From: Smithellaceae bacterium | GTDB lineage: Bacteria > Desulfobacterota > Syntrophia > Syntrophales > Smithellaceae | Length of the DNA stretch: 63,365 nucleotides | Direction of reading: 5' to 3' | Assembly (NCBI GenBank): GCA_035448625.1 | Contig: DAOTJI010000004.1 | Coordinates: 1-63,365, forward strand | Part shown: positions 38,750 through 48,883 of the stretch, piece after piece | How positions within the stretch are numbered: position 1 is the stretch's first letter | How the letters are laid out: each line of letters starts with the position of its first letter | Translations under genes and position numbers: made by a program | Notes under the pieces: generated by a model | What the model saw: the letters and a program-made list of their open reading frames with translations, nothing else | The model's database searches: none | What the model was told of the DNA's origin: nothing

Positions 38750-40219
38750 CTAATCGATCAGCCAGGTGGTCCGGCCCGCCTCATCCTTCAGCGCGATGCC
38801 CAGCGAAGCCAGCTCCCGGCGGATTTCGTCGGCGCGGTTCCAGTCCTTGTCGGTGCGGGCTTGCTGCCGCTCCAGCACCAGTGCCTCCACCTGCGCGACG
38901 TCGATTCCGCGCTTTTGGACTTCAATGTCGCGGTCCCTCTCAAAAAACCGGTCCGGGTCGTACTGGAACAAGCCCAGGACATCGCCGAAATGACGGAAGG
39001 CTTCCCGGGCCGCCTCCAGGACCGCCTGCCGAACCGCCGGCGCCTTTTTTCCCGCGGTCGTCAGCTGGTTGATCAGCCGGGCCGCGTCAAAAACAAAACC
39101 CAGCGCCTGAGCCGTATTGAAATCGTCGTCCAGGGCGGCATCAAACCGGTCCACAAACTCCCTGAATTCTCCCGCCGGCTCCCCGCCCGCGGCTTCAACA
39201 GAACCCCCGTTTGGCTTCAGGCCGGCGGCGCTGATGCCTTTGATCATGCGCAGCGCGTTGTAGCAGCGGATCAGCGCGGTCCGGGATTCCCTCAAAGACG
39301 CGTCCGAGTAGTCCACGGGGCTGCGGTAATGGCTCTGCAGCATGAACAGGCGCAGAACTTCCGGATGGAACTGCCGGACAATCTCCCGGATTGGAAAAAT
39401 GTTCCCCAGGGATTTGGACATCTTTTCGGCGTTGATCTTCACAAAACCGTTGTGCATCCAGTAACGGGCCGGCGGCTTTCCCGTCGCCGCCTGGGACTGG
39501 GCGATTTCATTTTCGTGATGCGGAAAAATCAGGTCTTCGCCGCCTCCGTGAATGTCGAAGGGTTCGCCCAGATAGCGCCGGCTCATCGCCGAACATTCGA
39601 TGTGCCATCCCGGTCTGCCCAATCCCCACGGACTGGCCCAACTGGGCTCGCCTTCTTTGCTTTGCTTCCAGAGCACGAAATCCAGCGGATTTTTTTTCTT
39701 GTCGTTTACGTCCACGCGGGCGCCGGCCATCATTTCATCTAGGTTTCGTCCGGATAATCCGCCGTACTCGGGAAATTTGTCGACCGCAAAAAATACGTCT
39801 CCGTCCACCGCGTAGGCAATCCCTTTTTCCTCCAGGGTTCGGATCAGGGAGATCATGTCCTCCATGTGCTCCGTGGCTTTCGGAGTCACCGTCGGCGTGA
39901 GCACGTTGAGGGCGGCCATGTCCTCATTGTGCAGCGCGATGTAACGCTGTGCGATTTGATCAATGCCGACGCCTTCCCGATTCGCCCGATCGATGATTTT
40001 GTCGTCGATATCGGTAAAATTTTTCACATACGTCACGTCGTAGCCGCGCGCTTTCAGATGACGGAAAACAACGTCAAACACCACGGCCGCGCGGGCGTGG
40101 CCGATATGGCAGACGTCGTATGCCGTGATGCCGCACACGTACATTCCGACCGCGCCTTCCCGGACCGGCTGGAAGATCTCCTTTTTTCTCGTTTTCGTAT
40201 TGTAGATTTTCTGTGGCAT
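38750..40219 (-). CDS. cysS: Cysteine--tRNA ligase
   Basis: HIGH-type CHIGHARA and KMSKSLGN motifs. Start at MPQKIYNT (ATG 40219). Confidence 0.96.
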   Translation of the reverse strand: MPQKIYNTKTRKKEIFQPVREGAVGMYVCGITAYDVCHIGHARAAVVFDVVFRHLKARGYDVTYVKNFTDIDDKIIDRANREGVGIDQIAQRYIALHNEDMAALNVLTPTVTPKATEHMEDMISLIRTLEEKGIAYAVDGDVFFAVDKFPEYGGLSGRNLDEMMAGARVDVNDKKKNPLDFVLWKQSKEGEPSWASPWGLGRPGWHIECSAMSRRYLGEPFDIHGGGEDLIFPHHENEIAQSQAATGKPPARYWMHNGFVKINAEKMSKSLGNIFPIREIVRQFHPEVLRLFMLQSHYRSPVDYSDASLRESRTALIRCYNALRMIKGISAAGLKPNGGSVEAAGGEPAGEFREFVDRFDAALDDDFNTAQALGFVFDAARLINQLTTAGKKAPAVRQAVLEAAREAFRHFGDVLGLFQYDPDRFFERDRDIEVQKRGIDVAQVEALVLERQQARTDKDWNRADEIRRELASLGIALKDEAGRTTWLID

Positions 40220-40233
40220 TTTCTTTACCTTTG

Positions 40234-41274
40234 TCAGGGATACAGCGGGGGCATCCCGAGGCCGCTGTCTTCGGGCAGCCCGCAGACCAGATTCATGTTT
40301 TGCACGGCCTGGCCGGCGGCTCCCTTGACCAGATTGTCGATGGCGGAAATAATGATCGCCCGGCCCGTCCGGGGATCGACGGTCAAACCGATGTCGCAGT
40401 AATTGGACCCGCAAACGGACGAGAGGTTGGGAAACATTCCCGCCGGACAGACCCGGACGAATTTTTCCCCGGCGTAGAAAGAAGCATACAGGGCGTGCAG
40501 ATCCGCCTCGGTCGCCTCTCTTCCGAGCGACGCGTACATTGTGCTCAGAATTCCTCTTTTCACCGGCAACAGATGCGGCGTGAAGGAAATGAAGAATTTT
40601 TCCCCGGCCAGCTTATGGAGCTCCTGCTCGATTTCCGGGGTGTGCCGGTGCTTCCCGACCTTGTAAGCTTTGAATCCCCCGTCCACCTCGCAGAAGAGCG
40701 AGCCGACAACCGGATCCCTTCCCGCGCCGCTCACGCCGGACGCCGAATCGGCGATGATGGTGGAAACCTCCAGGATCTTGCTGTGAAGCGCGGGGGCAAG
40801 CCCCAGAATAATGCTGGTCGGATAACAGCCGGGATTGGCAATCAATGCCGACGTCCGGACGGCGTCCCGGTACAGCTCCGGAATCCCGTAGACGGCCTTT
40901 TCGATCAGGCCGGCGCTGGAATGCTTTGCGTACCACCGTTCATAGGTCGCCGGATCCCGCAGCCGGTAGTCGGCGGACAGATCAATCACCTTTTTCCCCG
41001 CTTCGATAAAGACGGGGGCGATCTCCATGGACACGCCGTGCGGCAGCGCCAGAAAAACGACATCGCAAAGCTCCGCAATCTCCCGGGGACCCGCGTTGGT
41101 GTAGGCAAGAAATGTCAGGCCGGAAAGGGACGGAAAAACGTCCGAAACCTTCACACCGGCATAACGCCTGGAGGTGACGGCCGTCAGCTCCACCTGCGGG
41201 TGTCCGGACAGAATCCGGATGAGTTCCTGCCCGGTGTAACCGCTGGCTCCGAATATCGCCGCTTTGATTTTCAT
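40234..41274 (-). CDS. argC: N-acetyl-gamma-glutamyl-phosphate reductase
   Basis: [13 protein letters not shown](P) motif and the PGCYPTS active-site Cys. Start at MKIKAAIFG with a TGGAG RBS. Confidence 0.95.
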   Translation of the reverse strand: MKIKAAIFGASGYTGQELIRILSGHPQVELTAVTSRRYAGVKVSDVFPSLSGLTFLAYTNAGPREIAELCDVVFLALPHGVSMEIAPVFIEAGKKVIDLSADYRLRDPATYERWYAKHSSAGLIEKAVYGIPELYRDAVRTSALIANPGCYPTSIILGLAPALHSKILEVSTIIADSASGVSGAGRDPVVGSLFCEVDGGFKAYKVGKHRHTPEIEQELHKLAGEKFFISFTPHLLPVKRGILSTMYASLGREATEADLHALYASFYAGEKFVRVCPAGMFPNLSSVCGSNYCDIGLTVDPRTGRAIIISAIDNLVKGAAGQAVQNMNLVCGLPEDSGLGMPPLYP

Positions 41275-41318
41275 AAAAAACTCCAAAAAAAAGGGGAGCC
41301 CGAAGCCCCCCTGGATGA

Positions 41319-41711
41319 TTAACGCTTGGAAAATTGGAATCTCTTTCGGGCGCCCGGCTGGCCGTACTTCTTTCGCTCCTTGATGCGGGCGTCACGCGTC
41401 AGAAATCCCGCTTTTTTCAGAATGGGGCGCAGTTCGGCGTCGCATTCCAGAAGCGCTTTGGAAATCCCATGCTTCACCGCTCCGGCCTGACCCGCCACGC
41501 CTCCTCCGCTGACATTGACGTAAAAATCGAACTGGTCCTTTTTCCCCGTGATCTCCAGAGGCTGACGGATGATCATCTTGAGGCTGGGACGCGTAAAATA
41601 TTCTTCATAGTTCCTTTTGTTCACCACAATGCTGCCGCTGCCCGATTTCATATAAACGCGGGCAATAGCGCTCTTTCTCTTTCCGGTTGCATAAAAACGC
41701 TGTACTGTCAT
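41319..41711 (-). CDS. rpsI: 30S ribosomal protein S9
   Basis: 130 aa ending in [10 protein letters not shown]. Start at [13 protein letters not shown]. Confidence 0.97.
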   Translation of the reverse strand: MTVQRFYATGKRKSAIARVYMKSGSGSIVVNKRNYEEYFTRPSLKMIIRQPLEITGKKDQFDFYVNVSGGGVAGQAGAVKHGISKALLECDAELRPILKKAGFLTRDARIKERKKYGQPGARKRFQFSKR

Positions 41712-41753
41712 GACTTCTCCCAAAATAAATTAATCAATGGATAACCCGGACTC

Positions 41754-42185
41754 TCAAACGGCCAGATTTTGCGGACACTGGGCTTCATGCGGATGCGCGT
41801 TTCCGCTGTAAACCTTCAGTTTCTTTAGCATTTTTCTGCCCAAATTGTTTTTCGGCAGCATTCCGGCCACAGCCATGCGAATCAGATTTTCAGGTTTTTC
41901 GGCCAGCATCTTTCCGGCGGCCGTTTCCTTGAGCCCTCCCGGATAACCGGAGTAGGAATAATAAATCTTGTCCGTGAGCTTCTTGCCGGTCAATGTCACC
42001 TTTTCCGCATTGACGACCACAATAAAATCGCCGGTATCGACATGCGGCGTATAAACCGCTTTATGCTTGCCCCGAAGGCGCAGGGCGATCTCGCTGGCCA
42101 GCCTCCCCAGTACCTTGCCGGACGCGTCAACCACGTACCAATCCTGTTTGACCTGACCGGCTTTTGCTGAAAATGTTTTGTTCAT
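41754..42185 (-). CDS. rplM: 50S ribosomal protein L13
   Basis: 143 aa, WYVVDA and [10 protein letters not shown] motifs. Confidence 0.97.
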   Translation of the reverse strand: MNKTFSAKAGQVKQDWYVVDASGKVLGRLASEIALRLRGKHKAVYTPHVDTGDFIVVVNAEKVTLTGKKLTDKIYYSYSGYPGGLKETAAGKMLAEKPENLIRMAVAGMLPKNNLGRKMLKKLKVYSGNAHPHEAQCPQNLAV

Positions 42186-42217
42186 AAACCGCCGCCTAGT
42201 AAAAAATTTAAAGGTGG

Positions 42218-42246
42218 AAGCTATGCAATTCCACGCTCTTTGTCAA
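42218..42246 (-). promoter_or_regulatory. Candidate rplM-rpsI promoter (TTGACA-17 nt-TAGCTT)
   Basis: Minus strand: TTGACA at 42246..42241, a 17-nt spacer, TAGCTT at 42223..42218, about 35 nt upstream of the rplM ATG. Confidence 0.5.
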
Positions 42247-42346
42247 GGAAAATGTTTTGATTTTTTTGATTCGGCACGCCCGGCTCGTGTTTTCGTTTTC
42301 AAAACGATCTTAAAAAGGCCGTGCCCGGACAAACCGCGAGCTCCGC

Positions 42347-44578
42347 TTAAAATACGCCCAGTCCGGCCAGGGAGAATTTCAGCATAAATCTTTCGTCATC
42401 ATAGGTCTTGGTGTAGTCCACTCCCACACCCCAGCACTGCGTTCGATAGGCCACGCCAACGGTGTTTTCCACCGTTCGGTCATTGAACCGATCCAGCCTC
42501 AGGCCCAGGTTCCCGCTGAACCCGCGGATGAGATTGACTTTGAGGAGCATGTTGATTTCCTCAAGATAATCAAGCGTATAGCGGTACCCCAGCGTTAGAT
42601 GGTCCCCTCGCCAGTCGCTGAGACCAAGATCGTAATTCATCTCTTTCCAGCCGACATACGGGTTGTATTTATTTCGCGCGGCAAAGGCAACATATGGATG
42701 CGGCTTCAAATCCAGCTCGATTCCCAGATCCGATACCGGCCGCCTTTCCGTATTCGAGCCGGCCATGTCTTTTTTGGCCTCGTTGATGTCGTACATCTGG
42801 AACAGCTTAAAGCGCAATAATTCTATATAACTGTTCGCTCCGGATTTGTTCTTCGCCCTTGCGGTCAGTGTGTTGGTCAGCGCCCAGGCCACGGCGTTTT
42901 GCTCCGTCAGGGCATTGGTATAGCCGATATTGGAAGACAGGGAATTGGCCATGAACGAATTCACCCAGGGTATGAAATCGGGAAGATTGTCCTGATTCAC
43001 CTCAGGAATATAGGAATAAAAGATTTCCGGCTTGATTTCATGCTTGATTTTGTCCAAGTTTTGAATCTTGACGGCAAACACGCGCGAAATCCGGCTGCTG
43101 ATGCTCAGGCCGGCGTTGTACACGGTGCGGTTCCCGCTTTTATTGTCGGAATTGGCCTGTGAATCGTCGCGGTTCCAGTAGACCTCCCGCAGGGTGATTT
43201 GAGGGGTAACCTTCGCGAAGCGGGAAACGTTGAAAGGCAGGGAGATCGTCGGCGCCACATCCACGTAATGCCCCTTCTGCCCCTCGCCCCGGTAAAAGTA
43301 ATCATAGTTGCCCGTCCATTCGTAATACAGGGGCGTGGAAAGAAAAGGCTGTTTGATGCCCGTGAATACAATTTCCGGATACTGCTGGAGCGTCCGGTCG
43401 TTATTGACGGCGGAAAAGTCGTCCGTGGAGTTGACGCGGGCCATCAGGCTGAAATTGTTCCAACCTTTGTAGATCCTGGCGGACGATTCCAGGGACGGCA
43501 GAGACTCGTTTCCCTGAAAAGGAACCTTCCGGAACGGATCTTTTTCGGAGACGGCGTAATTGGACAGATAATAGTTGTGGGCATTGAAATCCCGGAAATA
43601 CCAGGAATCGGAAACGCGCCGCAAGTCGGTCCGGACGTAAAACTGGGAATCAAAATTCGTCTGATGATTCAGATAATACGACCAGCGCCTGTGCATTCCC
43701 TGCCAGTCGCGGCTCTGGCTGCCGACCGCGGCGGTTTCCGTGACCTGCCTGTTGTCCTCCATGAAATCGCCGTAAAGGGTGCCGAAGGATTTTTCGCCGG
43801 CATAATAGCGGAATTCAACTCCCTGCTTGTATCCTCTTTTCTCCATGTAACGCGAAAAGAACGTTGCATCCTTCCGGGGATCGATCGCCCAAAAAAAGGG
43901 AATTTCGATATCGAGGCCGTCTTTATCTTTGGAATAGCCCAGGTAGGGGAAAAGAAATCCCGATTGGCGCTTGGTTTTTGCGGGAAAAGCGACCAGCGGC
44001 GTATAAAAGACCGGCAAATGCCTCGCCTTCAGCCGGGCGTCCTTCATGAGTCCATACCCTTCCAGCGTCACATTCATCGAATGTCCGGCAATTTCCCAGT
44101 CCGGTTTATCCCCGTCGCAGGTTGTCGCCACCGGTTCCTCGATGAAATAGGTGCTCTCGCCGGTTTTTTCGATTCTGCTGCCTCTGATGTAGAAATGGTT
44201 GCGTGCGTAAAAGGCTTTGGAGTTATAGGCCACGCCGGTTTTGTCTTCAACATTGACCACGATTTTGTCGCCGGCAAGTGAATCCTGGGCCATTCGGAGC
44301 AAGGCATTCCCCTCGGCGGTCGCCAGATTGCTTTTGCGGTTATATTCGGCGCGGGCGGCGGTCAGAACGCCGTCGCCGTATGTAATGGCAACATTCCCCT
44401 GCGCAACGTACAGATCTCTTTCCTGATCGTAGGACAGCTCATCCGCTTCAATTTTCACCGGCGCGTCTCCGGGCATCTTCAGGTCCTGGGCCCAGATGCC
44501 CGGCGCAGGCCAGATACAGAGGATCATCCCCAGAATCGCGGCCGTATATCGTCTCAGCAAAACCTGCAAATTCTTCAT
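42347..44578 (-). CDS. lptD: LPS-assembly outer membrane protein LptD
   Basis: Signal peptide, an OstA-like N-terminal domain (PVKIEADELSYDQ...) and a large C-terminal beta-barrel ending in an aromatic residue (GLGVF). Confidence 0.88.
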   Translation of the reverse strand: MKNLQVLLRRYTAAILGMILCIWPAPGIWAQDLKMPGDAPVKIEADELSYDQERDLYVAQGNVAITYGDGVLTAARAEYNRKSNLATAEGNALLRMAQDSLAGDKIVVNVEDKTGVAYNSKAFYARNHFYIRGSRIEKTGESTYFIEEPVATTCDGDKPDWEIAGHSMNVTLEGYGLMKDARLKARHLPVFYTPLVAFPAKTKRQSGFLFPYLGYSKDKDGLDIEIPFFWAIDPRKDATFFSRYMEKRGYKQGVEFRYYAGEKSFGTLYGDFMEDNRQVTETAAVGSQSRDWQGMHRRWSYYLNHQTNFDSQFYVRTDLRRVSDSWYFRDFNAHNYYLSNYAVSEKDPFRKVPFQGNESLPSLESSARIYKGWNNFSLMARVNSTDDFSAVNNDRTLQQYPEIVFTGIKQPFLSTPLYYEWTGNYDYFYRGEGQKGHYVDVAPTISLPFNVSRFAKVTPQITLREVYWNRDDSQANSDNKSGNRTVYNAGLSISSRISRVFAVKIQNLDKIKHEIKPEIFYSYIPEVNQDNLPDFIPWVNSFMANSLSSNIGYTNALTEQNAVAWALTNTLTARAKNKSGANSYIELLRFKLFQMYDINEAKKDMAGSNTERRPVSDLGIELDLKPHPYVAFAARNKYNPYVGWKEMNYDLGLSDWRGDHLTLGYRYTLDYLEEINMLLKVNLIRGFSGNLGLRLDRFNDRTVENTVGVAYRTQCWGVGVDYTKTYDDERFMLKFSLAGLGVF

Positions 44579-44650
44579 CCCTGTTCGTTATGACACGCAG
44601 GCATCGAAAAAACCCCGCGCTTCGCTCTTCACTTTACAGCTACCGACGCG

Positions 44651-45928
44651 TCAGGCTTTACCACAAGAATTCATTTGATGAAACGACTGTTTGACCTCTC
44701 CCGCGAGATACAGAGATCCCAGGGCGCAGATCAGGTCATCTTCTCCCGCCATATCCAGCGCCTTATGGACCGCCTCATCAACTGTTTTGGCCGCCAACCC
44801 CTTAAAGCCCATTTCCTTCATCTCGCGGACCAGCCGCTTCGGGGGCAAGGCCCGCGGGGTTTTCAGCGGCGGCAGGATCGTGACGGCGGCCAAAGGCGCG
44901 ATCCTTTTCAGCATGGAGCGGTAGTCCTTGTCCGACAAAACGGCAAAGACCAGGATCAATCGCCTTGCGGAAAAATCTTTTTGCAGCGCACGGCATACGG
45001 CCCGAACGCCGGAAGGATTATGCGCTCCGTCCAGCAAAAAAACCGGCCGGTCGTGAAGGATTTCCATGCGGGCCTCCCAGCGCGTTTTCATCAGGCCGGA
45101 AACAACGGCCGCATCACCGATCTTCAAGCCGTGTTCCTCAACGATTTCCAGTGCGGCCAGCGTCAGCGCCGCGTTGGCCAGCTGGTGCCCTCCCAAAAGC
45201 GGGACACGCAGTCCGCTGATCGTCCGGTAAATCCCGGAATAGTCCATCCGGCCGTCCGTCCGCCGAATGACTTTGAAATCCCTCCCCAGAAGGTAAAGCC
45301 GGGCTTTTTTCCGGCAGCAAATGGAGGCCAAACGGTCGGTGACCCGCTTTTGTGTCACGCCGGTCACACAGACTCCCCCCCGCCGGATGATTCCGGCCTT
45401 TTCTCCCGCCACCGCCGTCAGGGTGCGTCCCAGATAAGCCGTATGCTCGAGTCCGATGTTGGTGATGACGGAAACCAGCGGCCGGCAGACATTCGTCGCG
45501 TCGAGCCTGCCGCCGAGACCTACTTCCATCACCGCGATATCTACGCGCGCCCGCTGAAAATAAATAAACGCAGCCGCGGTCAGCGCTTCAAAGTAGGAGA
45601 CGGGTCCGCAGGCTTTGGCCTGAATTTCCGAGAGGATGCGGCACAGATCGCGCCTTGGAATCTTTTTTCCGTTCAGCGCAATCCGCTCCCTGACGTTCAC
45701 GAGATGCGGCGATGTGTAGAGCCCGGTCAGGAAACCAGCTTCTTTGAAGATGGAAGCGGCCATCGCGGCCGTTGATCCTTTGCCGTTGGTGCCCCCGATC
45801 AGCACCGCGGGATAATCGTTCTGGGGAGAGCCGAATCGCTCCAGAAGTCCGGTAATCGTCTTCAGGCCGAATCGCATGACGTCGATGTTCAGACCGGAAA
45901 GATATGCGCCGGGATTCAAGGGATTCAT
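44651..45928 (-). CDS. folC: Bifunctional folylpolyglutamate synthase / dihydrofolate synthase
   Basis: Mur-ligase fold with the IGGTNGKGST P-loop, ~425 aa. Confidence 0.92.
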   Translation of the reverse strand: MNPLNPGAYLSGLNIDVMRFGLKTITGLLERFGSPQNDYPAVLIGGTNGKGSTAAMAASIFKEAGFLTGLYTSPHLVNVRERIALNGKKIPRRDLCRILSEIQAKACGPVSYFEALTAAAFIYFQRARVDIAVMEVGLGGRLDATNVCRPLVSVITNIGLEHTAYLGRTLTAVAGEKAGIIRRGGVCVTGVTQKRVTDRLASICCRKKARLYLLGRDFKVIRRTDGRMDYSGIYRTISGLRVPLLGGHQLANAALTLAALEIVEEHGLKIGDAAVVSGLMKTRWEARMEILHDRPVFLLDGAHNPSGVRAVCRALQKDFSARRLILVFAVLSDKDYRSMLKRIAPLAAVTILPPLKTPRALPPKRLVREMKEMGFKGLAAKTVDEAVHKALDMAGEDDLICALGSLYLAGEVKQSFHQMNSCGKA

Positions 45929-45942
45929 GGGGTTGCCGGTGA

Positions 45943-46710
45943 TTAAATACGGATGACCTGGCCGTCTTGAATGATGTGAATTTTTCGATCAGGAATGCGC
46001 GCGACTTCGCGGCGGATGGCGCCCGCGTACCTTGGTTTCATGTGATACAGATAAATATCCGGTCTTGCGTCTTTGAGTTTTTTCAGCTCCGCCGCAAGCG
46101 TCCGGGGCGTGAGGTGACCGGTTTTATCCGCCAGGCTTTGCATCACCCCAGGCAGAGACGTTTCCACAAAAATCGCCCGAAGGTCTTTTGCGGATTCCGC
46201 AAATTTCCACACCTCATCGGTAGGCCCCGTATCCCCCAGAAAAAGGGCCGCCTTTTCCTTCGACTCTATCCAGAATCCCATGGTTTCCACGGTATGATGA
46301 ACCGGAATGGCCTTCACCCGCCACCCGTTCAGCGTCTTGAACCGGCCGGGGGAGAGAATTTCAAATTGGACCGTGGGTTTCGCAGCGCTGGGAATGGCGG
46401 TAAAATCAGGCCAGATGACGTTATTGAACAGATGGCGGTGAATGTTTTCAATGATTCCCCGGCTGCTGCAAATACGAAGGGGGGTCTTTCGCTTCGCAAA
46501 ACAGAGATTGTCCGCCAAAAACATAATGTCGCGCACATGGTCCAGGTGAGCGTGCGTGACAAGTATGCAATCGATGAGGAGCTGCCGGCGAAGCGTCAGC
46601 ACCTGCGTGATGGCGCCCGCGTCGATCAAGAGGTTTTTTCCGACGAGAAAACTGGTCGTATTATGATTCGGCAACTGTGAGCCGTGGCAACCCAGAACCC
46701 GTATTTTCAT
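45943..46710 (-). CDS. Metallo-beta-lactamase-fold hydrolase, class II 3',5'-cyclic-nucleotide phosphodiesterase-like
   Basis: MKIRVLGCHGS N-terminus and a THAHLDHVRDI metal motif. Size and motif spacing resemble class II cAMP phosphodiesterases. Substrate is not inferable. Confidence 0.6.
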   Translation of the reverse strand: MKIRVLGCHGSQLPNHNTTSFLVGKNLLIDAGAITQVLTLRRQLLIDCILVTHAHLDHVRDIMFLADNLCFAKRKTPLRICSSRGIIENIHRHLFNNVIWPDFTAIPSAAKPTVQFEILSPGRFKTLNGWRVKAIPVHHTVETMGFWIESKEKAALFLGDTGPTDEVWKFAESAKDLRAIFVETSLPGVMQSLADKTGHLTPRTLAAELKKLKDARPDIYLYHMKPRYAGAIRREVARIPDRKIHIIQDGQVIRI

Positions 46711-46887
46711 GCTTGGTTTCCGCTTTCCATCTGATAAGCCGCTTGAGGCGGGACGCTATCATACCTTCGGCAGACAGGCAATGATTTTGTAAGCCCTCGA
46801 CATCAGAAGGCTTTTCGATGCATGGCCGGCTTTGGGGACCGGGCCGGACTCACACCTTCTTTCCATAAAAAGCCTTCTTCATATTGC

Positions 46888-46918
46888 AAGGGGAGAGAAG
46901 CATTGCCCCTCTCCCCTT
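46888..46918 (-). terminator. Hairpin downstream of the acyl-CoA dehydrogenase gene
   Basis: AAGGGGAGAG (46888-97) pairs with CTCTCCCCTT (46909-18), giving a 10-bp stem and an 11-nt loop about 40 nt after the TAG stop. No clean U-tract on the minus strand. Confidence 0.45.
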
Positions 46919-46959
46919 CTTTCATTTTACAACAGGGCGACGGTCCTGAAAGCCCCCGT

Positions 46960-48675
46960 CTATTCATTCATCTCGTATTCGCCGTTTAACGCATAGACAT
47001 ATCGATTCCAGACCCGTTCATACTGGGCGTCATCCCCCTGGGCCTTGATCAGCATGATTTCCTTGCAATACGCGCGCTGTTCGTCTTTGGTATTATGCAT
47101 TCCGTAGATCTGCAGGGCGAACCGGGCGAAATCGCGCACCATGAAATCAAAAATCTGATTGAGCACGTCGGGATCGATATTGTCAAATTGGGCCTGTTCC
47201 AGGATCAACTGGCCGTAAACCACGATGGAGAACATTTCGCCCAACGGCAGAGAAAACAGCGGATCCATATCCTGGGCCTTGTCCGGGCCCGCTTTCTCCA
47301 GCAATTCCCTGAACAACTCAATCTGCTTGATGAAAATGGCCACATTGGGAAGCTGTTTGTTCGCTTCGAAAACAGGTTTGTAGTCATGGAACTGAACGGA
47401 CCCCAGACCTTTGGTTGGTCCCTGATTGAAGAGAAACATATCATCCTTCAGAGAGAAATCAGGCGCAACCGGAGGATAAGCGGCGGCATTGAAGAAATAG
47501 TTCTTCATGAACTTGCGGATCAGTTGAACGTTGACGTGAACCGTCCCCTCCAGTTTGGAAGGCCCCCGGATATCGCTGGCACCAAGGGAAAAATAGGTGT
47601 CCTTCTCAAACCCCTTGGCGGCAATGACTTCCCACAGAAGATTGATCACGTCCTCGGCCTGCAGCGTCACCTTCATCTTGCTGGTGGGGTTGTAGAGCAG
47701 GTAGCGGCGGTCCTGCGCGTTGGCGTTTCGGAAATAATCGGTGGCACGGCGCTGGTAGAGCTTCATGCCCACAATGCGCAGCCAGGCATCCATGAAATTC
47801 TTCTTTACATGCGGCATGGCGGTCACGGGAATTCCGTAAAGTACGCGGTTTGCGGCATGCGTAATGGCTTCATAAAAGCAATGCTCTGCGACGCCCAGGG
47901 AGGCCGGGCCGATGTTGAACTTGCCGATATTCACGGTGTTGAGCGCGGAATCCCAGGCGTGCGGTCCGCGCGACAGAATATCGTCTTCGGTGATGGGGTA
48001 ATCATGAAGCGCGAAATTGGAAACATATTCCTGGTGGGAAATGACGTTCTTTTTCAGTTCATAGGCCTTGTGACGGTAATTGGTGACAAAAAAAGTGTAA
48101 TCGTCGGTGCCGTCCTTCACCTTGCCCAGCGTGGAGACCATTTCCGCCTCGTTGCCGTTGCCGATGTAGTATTTTTCCCCATTGGCCACCCAGGTTCCGT
48201 CCGGTTTGGGCGTCAGATTGGTTTCCGTTGAGTAGATGTCCGCCCCATGCGCTTTTTCGGACAGACCAAAGGCAAAGATGGCGCCTTTTTTGAGCAATTC
48301 CGCGGCCCTTTTCTTGGCTTTTTCATTGGGGCTCATCCAGATCGGTCCGAGCCCCAGAATGCTCACCTGGAAACAATACCAGTAGCCCAACCCGTAAAAG
48401 GCCAGCAATTCACTGTATTCGCTGTTGCGGGCCGTGTCCCAGCGGCAATCCGGATCTCCTCCCCCGTATGGACTGGGGGTGAGAAGTTTGGCAAATATCT
48501 GCTCCTTGCCGATAAAATCAACGAATTCTCGATACCAGACTTTCTTGTTGTAATCTTCCGTGATGCGCGTTTTGCCCATCTTCTCAAAGAAGGCGATGGT
48601 TTTTTCCATGATGGCCTTGGATCCTTCATCGGACATCAGGGACTGATACTTTTTTGGCTGCAGCAGATAATTCAT
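46960..48675 (-). CDS. Long (571 aa) acyl-CoA dehydrogenase family protein
   Basis: ACAD-type motifs SEKAHGADIYS and GEKYYIGNG, with an extended N-terminus relative to ~380-aa ACADs. Start at MNYLLQ (ATG 48675) behind AAGGAGAG. Confidence 0.8.
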   Translation of the reverse strand: MNYLLQPKKYQSLMSDEGSKAIMEKTIAFFEKMGKTRITEDYNKKVWYREFVDFIGKEQIFAKLLTPSPYGGGDPDCRWDTARNSEYSELLAFYGLGYWYCFQVSILGLGPIWMSPNEKAKKRAAELLKKGAIFAFGLSEKAHGADIYSTETNLTPKPDGTWVANGEKYYIGNGNEAEMVSTLGKVKDGTDDYTFFVTNYRHKAYELKKNVISHQEYVSNFALHDYPITEDDILSRGPHAWDSALNTVNIGKFNIGPASLGVAEHCFYEAITHAANRVLYGIPVTAMPHVKKNFMDAWLRIVGMKLYQRRATDYFRNANAQDRRYLLYNPTSKMKVTLQAEDVINLLWEVIAAKGFEKDTYFSLGASDIRGPSKLEGTVHVNVQLIRKFMKNYFFNAAAYPPVAPDFSLKDDMFLFNQGPTKGLGSVQFHDYKPVFEANKQLPNVAIFIKQIELFRELLEKAGPDKAQDMDPLFSLPLGEMFSIVVYGQLILEQAQFDNIDPDVLNQIFDFMVRDFARFALQIYGMHNTKDEQRAYCKEIMLIKAQGDDAQYERVWNRYVYALNGEYEMNE

Positions 48676-48803
48676 GAAACTCTCCTTTCCCGTCGACATT
48701 CATTTTTTCCGTTCACGCCACGCAATCCTTAACGTTAAACAGTAAGGTTAACTACCCTTTTTTGTGTGAAAATACCAGCGTAGAATTCAGGGCCGAACGG
48801 CCT

Positions 48804-48837
48804 AAAAAAAAAGGCCCGTTCCTGGCCGGAACGGGCC
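48804..48837 (-). terminator. Rho-independent terminator ending the ABC/CoA-transferase operon
   Basis: Minus strand GGCCCGTTCC-GGCCA-GGAACGGGCC followed by nine T. It lies 47 nt after the substrate-binding-protein stop. Confidence 0.8.
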
Positions 48838-48883
48838 CCGCTGCCTTGCGGTCAGACAGCTGAATCAACCCGCGTGTTGCGGA

